From sequence record MH494197.1: a stretch of DNA of 64,000 nt, one strand, 5' to 3'. Both the position numbers and the translations under genes were made by a program. Each line of letters opens with the position of its first letter. The first letter of the stretch is position 1. Below the pieces are notes generated by a model, which saw only the letters and a program-made list of their open reading frames with translations, was not told the DNA's origin and ran no database searches. Shown piece after piece: positions 46,508-59,428 of this stretch.

Positions 46508-48004
46508 TTTATTTTTATCTTTTCCAACACCACGGTCGTACTCTTTGAATGAGTTATCAAGTGTAGTTAGTGCATACTCATATGCTTCTGGTGATTCAAT
46601 GTCAACATCATCTGCACCATTTACTAAATCAGCCCACGCCTTTTGAAGTTTACGAGCATTGTTACCAACATTATCTTTAATCCAACTAATGTTTTGTTGA
46701 TACTTTTACTATCAGCACCTGCTTTTTACCAATCTCGGATATCCACATCATTAGCTTTTGAAGTTCATGAATTGATTTATCGGTCATTTCAAGATGTTCT
46801 TCTTCCATACCTTCGGAATCAGATGAACTAACGTCAATTCCATGTTTAGCTAATAGTTTACCAAGTTCAAAGAATGCAGCTTCAGCAGGAAGTCATAACC
46901 TTTCTCTTTGTAGTTATTCCATGCACTATCAAACTCGTCAACAAAACGGTTAGCATAATCTGGATTTTTAACTAATGCTTTATATACTGCCATTGCATGT
47001 TCAAAACCTTCTTTATCTGACCCAAACTCTTCCATCTCAGGACGATGAATGTATCCATCCATATCAACGGTATCAGGTAGATCTTCTTGCTCAGGCTCAA
47101 CATCTTTCTGTTCAACTGCACCTTCTTCATCTGCACGCTTTAGATAACCATCTGGTGTTACCTTCTCACCATGTTCGGCTTCATACTTTTTCATAGTGTT
47201 GAATGCAGCATCCATAGCTGTTACGAAGCGACTTTTCTCACCTTGTACATAAGATTTAAGTGCACTGTTAACTGCATCTGATACGAGCTTAACCTTATCG
47301 TCTTTACCTTCTAAACGGTTTTCAAGTTTAGCCAGTACATTCTTGACTTGCTGGGCATTAGCACGGTCTGCTTTACCAATACTATCAAAAGTTTTAAGAA
47401 TACCATCAAGACTTGCTTCACCCTGTTCAGGTTCTTTGGAATCTTCTTTGTGTGTACCTTCAAGTGCACGCATGATAGTACTGAATACTTCAGTAGGTTC
47501 AGTGCTCTTATTACCTTTCATTGCATCAAGTACAGCTTGTGCTTTACCTTTGAGTTCTTCTTTAGGAACTGCCTGTAGTGCTTTGACAATACCCTGAATC
47601 AACTGTGGTTTGTTAGCAAAGATCTTACCTAAGTTATCAGATAACTCTTTAACAGGGTTAGCTGCTTTAGGAGCTTCTGGTTTTGGTTCTTCTTTAGGAA
47701 CTGCTTGTTCTTTCTCAGCACGTTCCATATCAGCAAGGCGTTGTTTCTGTGTTGCGTTAAGAAGACCTAATGAGTTAACATAACGTAGCTTTTCTAGCTC
47801 AGTCATGTTCTCAGTACTCTTAACTTCACCTGCTTCTGCGTTTGCCTTACCAGCTAAACCTGTCCCTTGATTACGTGAACCACGTGACCCTGTCCTGCTT
47901 GGTAGCTATTTTGACGACGATTGCGTTCACTCCATTTATCAGAGTGACCTGCCATGTTCCCGCCATTTTTATCAGTAAATTGACGGCATTTGATTTCTCT
48001 CCAT
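46508..48004 (-). CDS. Large highly charged hypothetical protein (~500 aa; core ORF 46850-47806)
   Basis: Long E/K/A-rich ORF; the reading continues through indels at both ends to flanking terminator/promoter elements. Confidence 0.7.
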
Positions 48005-48094
48005 AGATTTCATATTGTTTATTCTCTATGACTATATTTATAGTATAAAGAAAAGGTTGACCGAAGTCAACCCTATTTTCACTGTACTATACCA

Positions 48095-48392
48095 TTAGTA
48101 GTTACAGTCAGCTTTCGCTGTGAATGTTTTACTTTCTCCGCGTTGTGTGGTGATTCGTCCGAGTAAAGTAGTTTTGTCAATAGTCATTGTAGTTAGTACT
48201 GGAACATTACCTTCAAAGTCAATAGCTTTGAAATTGTAGGTGGTTTCATTCTCCACTACACTTGGACCAAAGAGTTCATATGTGTTGATTTCAAGTGTGT
48301 CACCATCCGAACGCATCAGTGTACAGTCCAGATTAGGAGTAGCCAGTACAGGGAAAGCCAAACACATCATCATTGCAATAATTAATTTCATT
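48095..48392 (-). CDS. Small secreted protein
   Basis: MKLIIAMMMCLAFPVLA signal peptide; Cys near both ends of the mature part. Confidence 0.7.
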
Positions 48393-48936
48393 TCACTTCT
48401 CCTGTTTTTTCTTAGGATCAACCAATGACCAAATGAAGAATCCGAGAATTACAAGTACCCACAGAATCATGATAAAGAAAGCAAACAGTACAATAGTATT
48501 TGTCAAAAGAAATACAATAGAATGTTCGACCCAATACTACATACAATCAATGCAGCTTCATGTTTAACAACACGAATGGCTGTAATGAGTGCGGGAAGAA
48601 ATCCGACAAATAACAGTACTAACGCATATAGTGATAATGTTTCAGCCATGATATCCCTTATTTGGTTTGTTCAGCACTAGGTGTATTGATATAGGTGTCA
48701 ATTGAATAACATACTGTACCCACTACAACAGCAGCGATTAGGGCAGCGATGATGAATTTAGTACCTTGCATAATTTAATACCTCACGTTGTTTGTATTTT
48801 GTATCACTTGATGAAAATATTATACGACAAAGGGCTGACCAAAGTCAACCCTTTTAATTATTTTTAAACTTATGTTTTTCGCCTTCAATAGAGTTCACGA
48901 TGTCATCATGAATCTTGCGAAGGTTATGAGTTTTCT

Positions 48937-49239
48937 TTAGTGCTTCATGTAGTGCACGGAATGCTGCGTGTACTGTTGCCTTGAAGTGCTCTTTAGAGTC
49001 ACTTTAAGTTTCTCAATGATATCACGTACATAAATTGGATGTTCTTCAAATACACGATTCAATTCATGGCCTAGTGATTCTAAACTGAAAGCTTTTTCGC
49101 GTGAAGGACGATCATGTGCAAGACTTTGGTCAGGCTTTAGTAGACCTAGTGAATCAAGATACTTATGCTTATGTGCATTATCAATTCCAGAAATATCCAC
49201 ATCATGCGATGGATCTTTCTTATTCCATTTATCAACCAT
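48937..49239 (-). CDS. Hypothetical protein similar to the N-terminus of 46850-47806
   Basis: KYLDSLGLLKPDQ versus RYVNSLGLLNATQ. Confidence 0.65.
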   Translation of the reverse strand: MVDKWNKKDPSHDVDISGIDNAHKHKYLDSLGLLKPDQSLAHDRPSREKAFSLESLGHELNRVFEEHPIYVRDIIEKLKVTLKSTSRQQYTQHSVHYMKH

Positions 49240-50375
49240 TTCATACTCCTTAAAGAGATAAATTACTTTAATATTTATACTTCATGTGCTGTTTATTTCT
49301 ACAGACACTTAAGATTATATCACGTAAGAAATGGTTGTCCCAAAGTCAAATCAGTACTGTTTAAGTTCTGAACTGAAGATAAAGGAATCCATATCTTCTA
49401 GTGTTAACTTCAAGTCCGGTGTGTACTTTAATATCACACATTCAGGTTTCTTAATGGCAGCTTGATAGGCAGCAATTGCCAACTGTTGAAGCTGCTCTGG
49501 CGTGTAGTTCATGCGTTCTGCATTGAATACGATGTTCTTAATATCACCACCGGCAGCTTCTCGAACTCACGCATAACAGCAGCCATCACATCATCAGATG
49601 TATTCTTATAAGCCCAATGAGGTAGTTGCATAACGTCATAAATCTCGCCATTGTCGTTCATAAGAGAGATCCATTTTTACCGTCCGATGAACTAAACAGA
49701 CGACCTTTAATAGCAATGTTCTCTACCAAATTAACAAAGGCAAATATGTCTTGCTCATTTAGCTCAATGCTATTAACGTTAATCCAACCCATACTACATC
49801 TCCAGTTATAAATCACGAACGACATTCATTAAACACAATTTGGGCTTTATCGCATTCAAAACCCATATGCATTCTTTGTAAGTTGCTATTATAGCATCTA
49901 AATGCTCAGTTACAATGCTTTCTTGAAAATATTCTTCTTCATTGAGCTTTGCTAAATTAGTCACATCACATGTAGGTACTATAGTTCTGGATTGTACACC
50001 CATTCCATTATTGATATTGGTAAAATGTAAAATTTGTACTTCACCACACCGTTATCTACACTTATGATACATGTCAAATGTTCCAACTCAGTTAGTTCGG
50101 TATTACAAGTGACATGGATGAATCCAGCATTATAGGCTCTATAATCATCTACTAATATCTCAAAATCATTACGTTCAAATATAAGTGAAATGAGTTTGTC
50201 TTGTGGTTTAACCTTCTGAAATTTTAACGAATTTACGTATGATACTTTAATCTTAGATGAAATTATCTTTTACTAAGTGCAGTTAATTCTTCTTTAGCCT
50301 TAAAAGTTAAAGTTATAGGTCTAAATCTAGAACTTTTGTTCTTCTTTGATACTTTGAACTTACCTTTTCTATTCA

Positions 50376-50666
50376 TTAATTAAACCCCACATAAAGTAAA
50401 AGGGATGGCATATTACCAACCCTATATCTTTTATTTTTAATAGATTCATAAAGCAGAAACAACCAAATAAACATTGATGAACAAACTACTACTGGGATTA
50501 ATGTAAATTCAGTAAAGAATAAAAGTATTCCATAAGTTAGTATGCAACATAAGTTTACGTACATAATTGCTTCTGCATTTTTATTTTTCATTTTATATGC
50601 AATGAATGTTGGTGACCACATTACCAAAAATGCAAACAACGCACATATGATGATTATAGTTTCCAT
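50376..50666 (-). CDS. Imm-like (superinfection immunity family) membrane protein
   Basis: WSPTFIAYKMKNKNAEAIMYVNL resembles the T4 Imm pattern P-x-x-IA-x-x-(R/K)...I-x-x-x-N. Confidence 0.55.
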   Translation of the reverse strand: METIIIICALFAFLVMWSPTFIAYKMKNKNAEAIMYVNLCCILTYGILLFFTEFTLIPVVVCSSMFIWLFLLYESIKNKRYRVGNMPSLLLYVGFN

Positions 50667-51927
50667 ATTACACCTCCGTAAAATAATGTTCTGTACTGCT
50701 ATTATTTACAGAGAATATCTGAAAAATTGATCTGATCAATTTTTAGTCACTTTACAATTTGAATCTTTTTGTACTGAACAATCACATTGTTCTTAAGGAA
50801 GATGATGGTCCCATAGGAACCTTGGGCTGCAACTTCAACAATATGGTTCTTATATGTTTCAGTATATCCTTCCATCTCGTTGATACACACTACATGATAC
50901 TTTGGTTTAGCACATACAACAGTACTCAAGAATAGCAGTACTAGTACTAGATATTTCATTTTATTACCTTATAAACAAGAACAGGAATCCTTTTACGGAT
51001 TCCTATAATTTAGTCCTTTAATGTACCATTGTGTAAACGATTATACACATCATTGCGACGCAACTCAACAATATCTTCAGCGTACTTCATTGTAAACGCC
51101 CATGCTTTTGGATGCACATTAAGCTTCATACGAATGCGATTCTTCATCAATTCACCGCTTAGGCGAACAAACTCATGAACACCACGACTTCCGTACTCTG
51201 AAATCAAATCATTGATGTACATGTTGCGAAGGGTTTCGTCTGTACATTCTTTAACCATTTCTACGTCTGCCACGATGCTTGCATTTACTGAAGTACTGAT
51301 CATTTTAAGTTACCTTATTTGAATTGGACTGTAATTTTATCACCTTCAACTACGAACTTACAGTCGTAGCGACGGCCATATCCATGTACATATGCTCAGA
51401 ATACCACGGAACATCAATCTCAGGATGCTCTGCGTATTGTAGCACTTCACGGTCACCAACAGTAGTGATGACAAAGGAATGTTCATCTCTCGCAAAACAA
51501 CTCAGCACCGGTGAACGATTGACAAACTCAGTGTCGTTACGCAAAGTAAAACCATTGTATTGTAATTTAAGCTTCATGATTATCCTCTAAGTTAATACCA
51601 TTCTTTTAAACCATCAAGTTCGGCTATGTGAGTAATTATAACACAGATAACACTCAGGTCAAGCATTATTTGCTCATAATTTAATTTTATTCTATCATCA
51701 TTGTATGCTCGAAAAACAACATCAAAGTCAAAGTAGTTATCGTTTTCATCATTCATTGGAATGATTCTATATCTACGTCTACCATCATCATTGAATACAG
51801 TCAAACACTGTTTGAATTTCTTCATTAACTGTGTAGTCAATGCATTGTAATATGCAACATCATATTGTGTACAACGTGGGTCATTGGGTAGATAAAACGA
51901 TACAAATTTTTTAATTCTATTTGAGTC

Positions 51928-52367
51928 TTATCCATATACAGCCTCATGTATTACTCTTTTACTTTGGCGGTACTCATCCTTTGCTTCTTTCACTGACATG
52001 ATACGAACCAGTTTAGCACTACCACAATAGTACTGAACCTGACTACGACCAATGTCAACATGACTATCAGGAACTTCATATACTGATACAGCAAACCCTG
52101 CACGATGTAATTTACCCAAGTCCATAGTAAAGAACTTAAACAAATCATTCAAACTCTGACAGCCAAATGCCCAGCCACGTTTGATTGAATAGATTCCATC
52201 TTCAGTTGGTTCTGGTTGGAATTGCGAAGGCGTGGTCATGCACAAACGGTCAAATCCATTTTTAGTACTGTATCGTGAAGAGTACCGTGCGAACGGACCT
52301 ACTGTTTTGCTGGATCTAAGTTAGGTTCAATATAACTGAATTTAAGTTCAAAACGATATACGTACAT
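51928..52367 (-). CDS. Conserved phage hypothetical protein (YRxE...GPF...PxPxED...FGxxS), frameshifted
   Basis: The start MYVYRFELK at 52367 joins to ORF 51928-52245; directly behind promoter 52396-52424. Confidence 0.6.
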
Positions 52368-54179
52368 AATTAAAATCCCAGTATTTGATGAAATAATTAT
52401 AACAAAAAGGCTGACCGAAGTCAACCTTTATTTTGAAGTTCTTGAACTAATTGTCGTACTTCTTTGATGTTACGACACTGCTTTACAGTGAAGTAATCAT
52501 ACTTACGACCATAGGTTCTTGGATCATCACCTTCCATATACTGCTGCACATCAAAGATTTGTAAGTAGGGATGCTGCATAACACGAATGTTACCACATTG
52601 ATAAATCAACATATGTTTAGTCCTCATATTTACACAAGCCACCGAATGTTGCCTGTTTTGCTGCCTTACGCATCATCACAAGTTTAACATACTGTTCGCC
52701 ATTACTATCTTCATATACATCAACTTGAAGAAATGCAAGCATATTGGGATCAGTATCGTTCGAGTACTGCGTAAAACTAATGTCACCTACGGTATGTTCT
52801 TTAACAAAATTATACACTTCACCGTCGATATAAACGATAGTATGGTCATCGCTATCACCTTGGTAAATGTGTTTAATATCACCTTCAGTACAGACTAGTC
52901 CGTAATGGTTCTGCATAAGACATACCACATATAATCATACAAACAAAAACAAAATTACTTTCATGATTTGTTTCCTTTGGATAAAATGGATTTCTTCACT
53001 TTGTACTGCTTGTAGTTATTATACCAAACATCGGTTACATAAATCAAGTACCAAAGTGATGGATATAATGATAGACCAATAAAACTGAAAAATACTTGTA
53101 TTAATAAAACCAATACAGTGCAGTGTAAATGCAACGATTAGAATACCAATCGTAATCATACTAGCTGAATATGGTACACTATCAGATGCGAACCATGAAT
53201 CAACCTTACTAATTAAAGTATACTTTCCAGTACTGACAGCATAAACAATTGCTGCTATACCAAATAATGCCATTGAAATAGTTATTACTGAGTTAATAAG
53301 AATCGGAGTAATTAATACATAAAGCATTACATCGTTTATCATTTGTTATACCTTACAGTTCACAATGAATATTCAATTTATCAATGTCCTGATCGCGTTT
53401 ATTCGACGAATCTTGATAAATGACTATGTAAATATCCCCATCCTTTGTCTTGGGGTCCACTATCAATATTACATTTGCTATTATACCAGCATCTGATTTA
53501 TATGTCGATACCTTTTTATTCCCAATCAAACTCTCGGCCTGAAACGGTAAACCTCATCATCTACGACAATATTGTTTCCATTTTGTGGGTCATTAGAAAG
53601 TACATGCCATGTTCCATCGTTTCCCATACAATCAAGGTAAGCAGGTACGGCTGTACTGAACCTTGAATAAAGCATGAATACTACAAACACCATTATCATT
53701 CTTATATATTTTTTCATTATAACCTCTAACGAGCAATACTTCTGCACATATTATTTGTACAGAAGTATTTAATACTATTAGAGACTTTTGAACGTTACTT
53801 CTTACTAGTTAGTTTATCTTTCAAGATATCAACCCAAATGGAAACTTTACCAGCAAACAATGCATTAGTAAACCATACAATACCAACAATGTTCTCAACT
53901 AAATTCATAATTGAAACAAATGGTCCAATTGGTAATACAAAACTTACTAACCATGACAGTACTGAAATAAGTACTACAACGAAGAAGATTCGTGCAATGG
54001 GTGAGTCTAACATAAACAACTCACGAAACTCATCACGCTCGGTTTCGTCTTTAATGAAGAATTCGAAAACCATAACCCATAACAGAATTAGAGCAGGAAT
54101 TGAAATTAGAACTGATAACATGTTTTATATCCTCAAGTTTAAGTGTTAAGTTTCAGACTACAAGAACCATTATACAGTA

Positions 54180-54422
54180 CTACAAACGTTTGTCAACAGG
54201 TTTTTCTTCAATAAGCATAAGATAACTGAAGACGAATAGTAATACAGATGCCATGTCAATAACCGTAAAGTTCACGGGAATGATAATAGACACTAGAACG
54301 AGTGCCACGTTTAGCAAGAATACCGTAGTGATATCCACCAGCTTTCGTTTAGTGGCTACTGCTACTAGTGTAGGGTAGAACATAAACAATAATGCGACTA
54401 CAAAACTCAATACTAGATACAT
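54180..54422 (-). CDS. Imm-like membrane protein
   Basis: FYPTLVAVATKRKLVDITTVFLLN. Confidence 0.55.
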   Translation of the reverse strand: MYLVLSFVVALLFMFYPTLVAVATKRKLVDITTVFLLNVALVLVSIIIPVNFTVIDMASVLLFVFSYLMLIEEKPVDKRL

Positions 54423-54804
54423 TTCTTTTCACCTTAAGAAAATTATAACATAAAACAACCTCAACATCTGGCTCATCATACAAGTACTCAAAGCGTTCTT
54501 TACTACGCTTAGTACCGATGTACTCACCATTCTTATGCCAACGCCACCCACCACTCTCTGGTTGGTCAGACTTCAGTACTGGATGATAGCACAAGACAAT
54601 TTCTTCTGGACCTTCAATAAGGTTCTTGTACTTCGTCAAAATCTGTTCAAGCGTATCTGCTACACCATAAGATGGGTGCATAAGATAAGACTCAGGGCGT
54701 GCACGACCACTTGGTAGAATGTCATCAGTACTATTAAAGATAGCACGGAAGTCTTCTGACGTGTATAAACTTCCATCTTCATGGATCATGGGATACTCAT
54801 CCAC
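54349..54804 (-). CDS. Hypothetical protein (GGWRWHKNGEYIG motif)
   Basis: Long ORF on the operon strand. Confidence 0.7.
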   Translation of the reverse strand: MDEYPMIHEDGSLYTSEDFRAIFNSTDDILPSGRARPESYLMHPSYGVADTLEQILTKYKNLIEGPEEIVLCYHPVLKSDQPESGGWRWHKNGEYIGTKRSKERFEYLYDEPDVEVVLCYNFLKVKRNVSSIEFCSRIIVYVLPYTSSSSH

Positions 54805-56825
54805 TACATCATAATCAGTGAAGTGTTCAATCGCATGTCCGGTCTGTAACCTGCGAGGATACCTGTATGTTTCGTCTGTACAATAGTCATAACAGATGTA
54901 CTATTGTTTACATTAGGATCATGAATTTCAGCCCAAAAGGATGATGAGGATCAAATGTAGCATTAACTAAAGTACAATCACCAATGTAGTCGAAATTAGT
55001 TTCTTTAAAGTTTAAAGAAACACCACGCAATGCCCAATCAGGAGAAGTGATGAAATTAAGATTAACTAACATAGTATCCTCAGTTGCGGTTGTTTTGATA
55101 CAGTTATTATATCAAAGACGTGTCAATTTGTACAACATTTATTGTAACTATTTCGTACATAAAATCAATTGCATTGAACTCTGCATACCACTCTACAATC
55201 TCACAAGCAGCATCAACTTGGTTTTCGCATTAACACGTCTGGCATAGGTGCTGCTCATTTTGAATCTACCATATTCATAGACATTGTAGACACCATGACA
55301 CCACCACATTTTAGTCATTAATGCTAGGCCATACAGTGAATTGTAAGTTCTGGTATTCGAATTTACCAATATCATTCTTCTTACGGAATGATTCTTCAAC
55401 CTGAATTTCTGCGTCGTACTGACCATCGGCCTTTACTACGTACTTAAAATTTTCTACATGTGAAAAACGATACCCGTCTCCGTCTTGCTTGGATACTTGA
55501 ACTGACCCTTCAACTAGATATAAATTCATTTGTCATTCTCCATCATATTCAGTGAGTATTACACTATGTACTGTTTCAACATAGCGTTGTGTTTTGGTGT
55601 GTTGTACTTAGTTACTTCATCAAACAATTTAAATAGTGCATGTGTTGGACTTAATGCACGAACAAACACATCAATCTTCTGTACTTCTTTCTTATAGCCA
55701 CGTACATTATTAAACTCAGACACATGCTCATAAACAATGTAGTAACGATTCATATATTAAGTAGTTCCATAAATTCATCGATCAAGGAAGTTCTAATGCA
55801 CATAACAAATTCAAAATCAACATCGATAGTATCGAGTAGTTTGAACAACTTTGGTACATTTGGGTCATTCAACTGGAAGTTATGAATCAAGCTCTGTTGA
55901 AACACACTTTCTTCAGTACTGTAATCAATAACAAAATATTCAGCTACACGGTGGTGAATAAACATCATATAATATCTGACGTTTATTGTGTGTTTCTGAA
56001 CCGACAATATATAAGTTCTATTTCATACGAACCTGCCGAGGATCTATCATAAAACACAATTTCAGTACTGATTATTTCACTACCATCACTTCGTTCATGA
56101 AAACATACATCGGCATATCGTTTACCATTGGGCTTCAAAATCTCATGAGTTGTTTTACCATAACATTTATCAGTTTCAATGTGAATTTTGTCTTGATATT
56201 CAGAACGTCTTACATCATTTCCACGATTAAACAATAAGATCAACAACTCATTAATATCCATTATTTCGCCTCGATAACCTTAAGGTTAACAAAATCACCT
56301 TTTACTTTCATGCATTTGAATTCAGTGCGAGTTTCATCCCCACTATCGCGAGGCCAATGAGTAGCAGAGTAGCACTGGTCAGGCGTTTTATATACACCTT
56401 CACCAATAGTACGAGTGATCTCACCATTGGTGAGAACTACTGCGAGATATAAAGTAAGCATGGGAATTCCTATAAAATTTATTAATAATAATAGCACCCA
56501 AACCAAGTACTGCAATAATTGAAGATACCCACATTACCGCATTCACTGCACCAGTAAGTTCTTTATCAAACTCCTGCACTTCTTGCGGTAATCTTCCCAC
56601 TCTTTGTTATTCACACTGCCACTCCTAATAGGTCGGTAGCTTTCTTCAGTACTACGTCAATTGTTTCCAGTACTGCACCTTTGTGTTCAATTGATACAAT
56701 ATTATTATAAGTATCAAGGTCCAAGTACTCCATGTATTCAGTTTTGAATACACGAACATCAGTACTAGTGATTTTAATATCACAACCTTTATCCCAAATA
56801 ACCTGCATCATTTCATTGGTAGTCA

Positions 56826-57083
56826 TTATTCAACCTTATCATAAACAAGTTTGTGTGTGCTTAGTACTTTGTTGAGATGTCGGGCATTCATATACATACA
56901 ATCGCTCTGACGTTTTTCCCAACCACCACAGATACGACCTGATTGTGTACATATTTCATACTCGTTAATAAAAGACTTACCTGTGAATGTACAATCCTGA
57001 CGAACTAAGTCTTTTGCACTAAACCTGCCGTCATCATTACATGCTGTAAGAAACATTGTACAGAATACAAAGACCACAGTCAA
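56826..57083 (-). CDS. Putative lipoprotein
   Basis: Hydrophobic N-terminus with lipobox FLTAC. Confidence 0.6.
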   Translation of the reverse strand: MTVVFVFCTMFLTACNDDGRFSAKDLVRQDCTFTGKSFINEYEICTQSGRICGGWEKRQSDCMYMNARHLNKVLSTHKLVYDKVE

Positions 57084-57460
57084 TAGTTTTTAATCATTGA
57101 ACATCACCCCAACGGAAGCCCTTCATATAATTCAAATTCACCTCAACTAGTTCATGTGTTTTGTACACCAAATTGAGAGAGTTTTTGTAACATCACCGGT
57201 TCAGATTCATAATTCACACAATACCCTTCGATTCGGAGAACATTGTTAGTCCATGACTCCACTCAATCCAAATTTCATTTGGATAATAAACCATATCTTC
57301 GTTGAACGTATGGAATTGGTCCATTGGTAAGTGACCTTCAACTTCAATTACTTCAGCACTTCGTGCCAGTTTTCAAGCTTGTACTTTATTTCAGCAAGAA
57401 ATTCTTCATTATTCAGACGAGTTAAATCACCTGCTACACGTGTTGTATCAAGGCTCATTG

Positions 57461-57706
57461 TTATTCTCCATGAATTACGGAAGTGTTGATTCGTGTTTTA
57501 CCGCTAGTGTATCCAGTACTTGTATTTGCATTAGGACAATAAACTGTATACAAGGTTACGTCAGCACCGTCCTTTTGCATACGATAAATCTTACATCCGG
57601 CTTCTTTTAATTCAGTCGGGAGAATAAAATCACTTGTGCGTTCTTTGGTTGAAGCATCACATGCAGTGAGTAAAAATGCGACGAGTACTGCTACGATATA
57701 TTTCAT
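57461..57706 (-). CDS. Putative lipoprotein
   Basis: MKYIVAVLVAFLLTAC lipobox. Confidence 0.75.
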   Translation of the reverse strand: MKYIVAVLVAFLLTACDASTKERTSDFILPTELKEAGCKIYRMQKDGADVTLYTVYCPNANTSTGYTSGKTRINTSVIHGE

Positions 57707-58886
57707 TAACGAACCTCCACTTCTTGAGAAAGAGCATGAGTCAGTGCATTTGAATTCGAACCATTCATTTCACGCTGACATACAAACATAATGGCATCTT
57801 GTACTGAACCTGCGATTTCATACTCACGACCTTCTGGATCAGTTACCAGATGTTCAACGATACAACCACCTCTCAGTACAGAAGCACCAGTACTTACACT
57901 AATTCTGTAACCTAAGAAATCAAACTGCATACATGCGTCAGTAGGTTTCATCCAATAACCGCTGTTTTGATTCAAATCGATGATTACAAAACCTTGAGTG
58001 TTAGTTTGAAACATAGTTAATTCCTCATTTAATTTAAAGGGCGGGAACGCAGTGACGAGTACGATTATGCTGTCTTTCCTTTCACTGCATTCCCTTTGAT
58101 ATAAACATTATACAGTACTGATATCTTATGTCAAGTATTAATCACCAAAAATCATCAGATACCCAAACCAACCCACACAGATGACTAAGCTAACAATACC
58201 AAAGATAATCTCTAAAGTCATGTTACATCCTTAATCAATGATTTTATATTCACGATGACCATAGAATCCAGCCTCAAGGATGCGATTACCGTCAGCATCT
58301 TCTAAATCCCACCCACGGGATGTTTCGGCAATAATAGTCATGATGTGACCTCTTGGGAAAATTCCACTCAAGGTGGATACATCCTCAAGTAATTGAACCT
58401 TCTTACCAACATTCGAATTTGATTTAAACATACTTTACCCTTATTCGTTGATTACGTCAAGTACTTTGTCCAGTTTCTTACCAATACTATCCTTTGGTTT
58501 ATCACTATTCTGGAATACATTAGTACTGCAATACTCAGGACGGGTATTAGGAAACTTCTCGTTCATCCGAGTGACCATATACACCAAGAATGATACCTAC
58601 GATAAGAATGATGATTTGCATGATATATCCTCTAATTAAATTACATACGGTTTATAGTAATGAATCTCGTTTGCGATTGCAGTGAAAACTTTATTATTAA
58701 ATCTTTCACCATAATCACGAAGTGATTCACCTTCTTCGCTTTCAATGAAGTAATTATATACTGGTAGACGTGCGGTGTCAACACCTATAAATGATTTCAT
58801 GTAAATTTGTACTAAACGATTCATTCCTTCATTTAAGCATTGCACCTCAAAGTGCTTGATACCTTTGTCTAAGTGTTTGAATGCAT

Positions 58887-59428
58887 TCATGATACCACGT
58901 TTAAAATCACGCTGCATAGTACTGAATAGATTCTCAGGAACACTGTAATAGGTGACATTGATTTAAGAATGTATGTATCTTTAGCATTCTTAATATACTC
59001 AATAAAGCAGTAGTTAACGTCAGGCTCGATAGAACGATCAGCGTTATGATACCAGTGTTTAAACTCACTGTACTCAGCGAACTTATGCTGGCGTAATGCG
59101 TTACAATCTTCACACAGTGCAGTCATGTTCTCTTTATCATTACCGCCCTGAAGACAGTCCAGTACATTATGGTCTAACGTCATGCGTACAAGGCGTTTCC
59201 TTTAAGTACATAAGGTCTGAATTTATAACGGTCTTTAGTACTGTGTTTATGTAAAGTGAATACCACATTGGATTCACCACAACAATCACATTTAAAGCCA
59301 TCACGTGACATTACATGAATGAGTTTTCGAGTATTTGGGCCGAACTCAGATTTAGTAATGTTGCCAACAATTTCTGATGGGTCGTAGTATTTTGAATTCC
59401 GGCGAATCAATTCATCTATAGTGCTCAT
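58887..59428 (-). CDS. HNH endonuclease (frameshifted)
   Basis: RDGFKCDCCG ... MTLDHNV...GGNDKENMTALCEDCNALR. Confidence 0.85.

Noticed and set aside
398-56237. Opposite-strand ORFs such as 398-664, 1862-2176, 23226-23513, 25562-26008, 43371-43646, 47343-47597, 53838-54149 and 55986-56237
   Set aside because: They are shadows of better-supported genes, with no RBS/promoter context or recognisable motifs.
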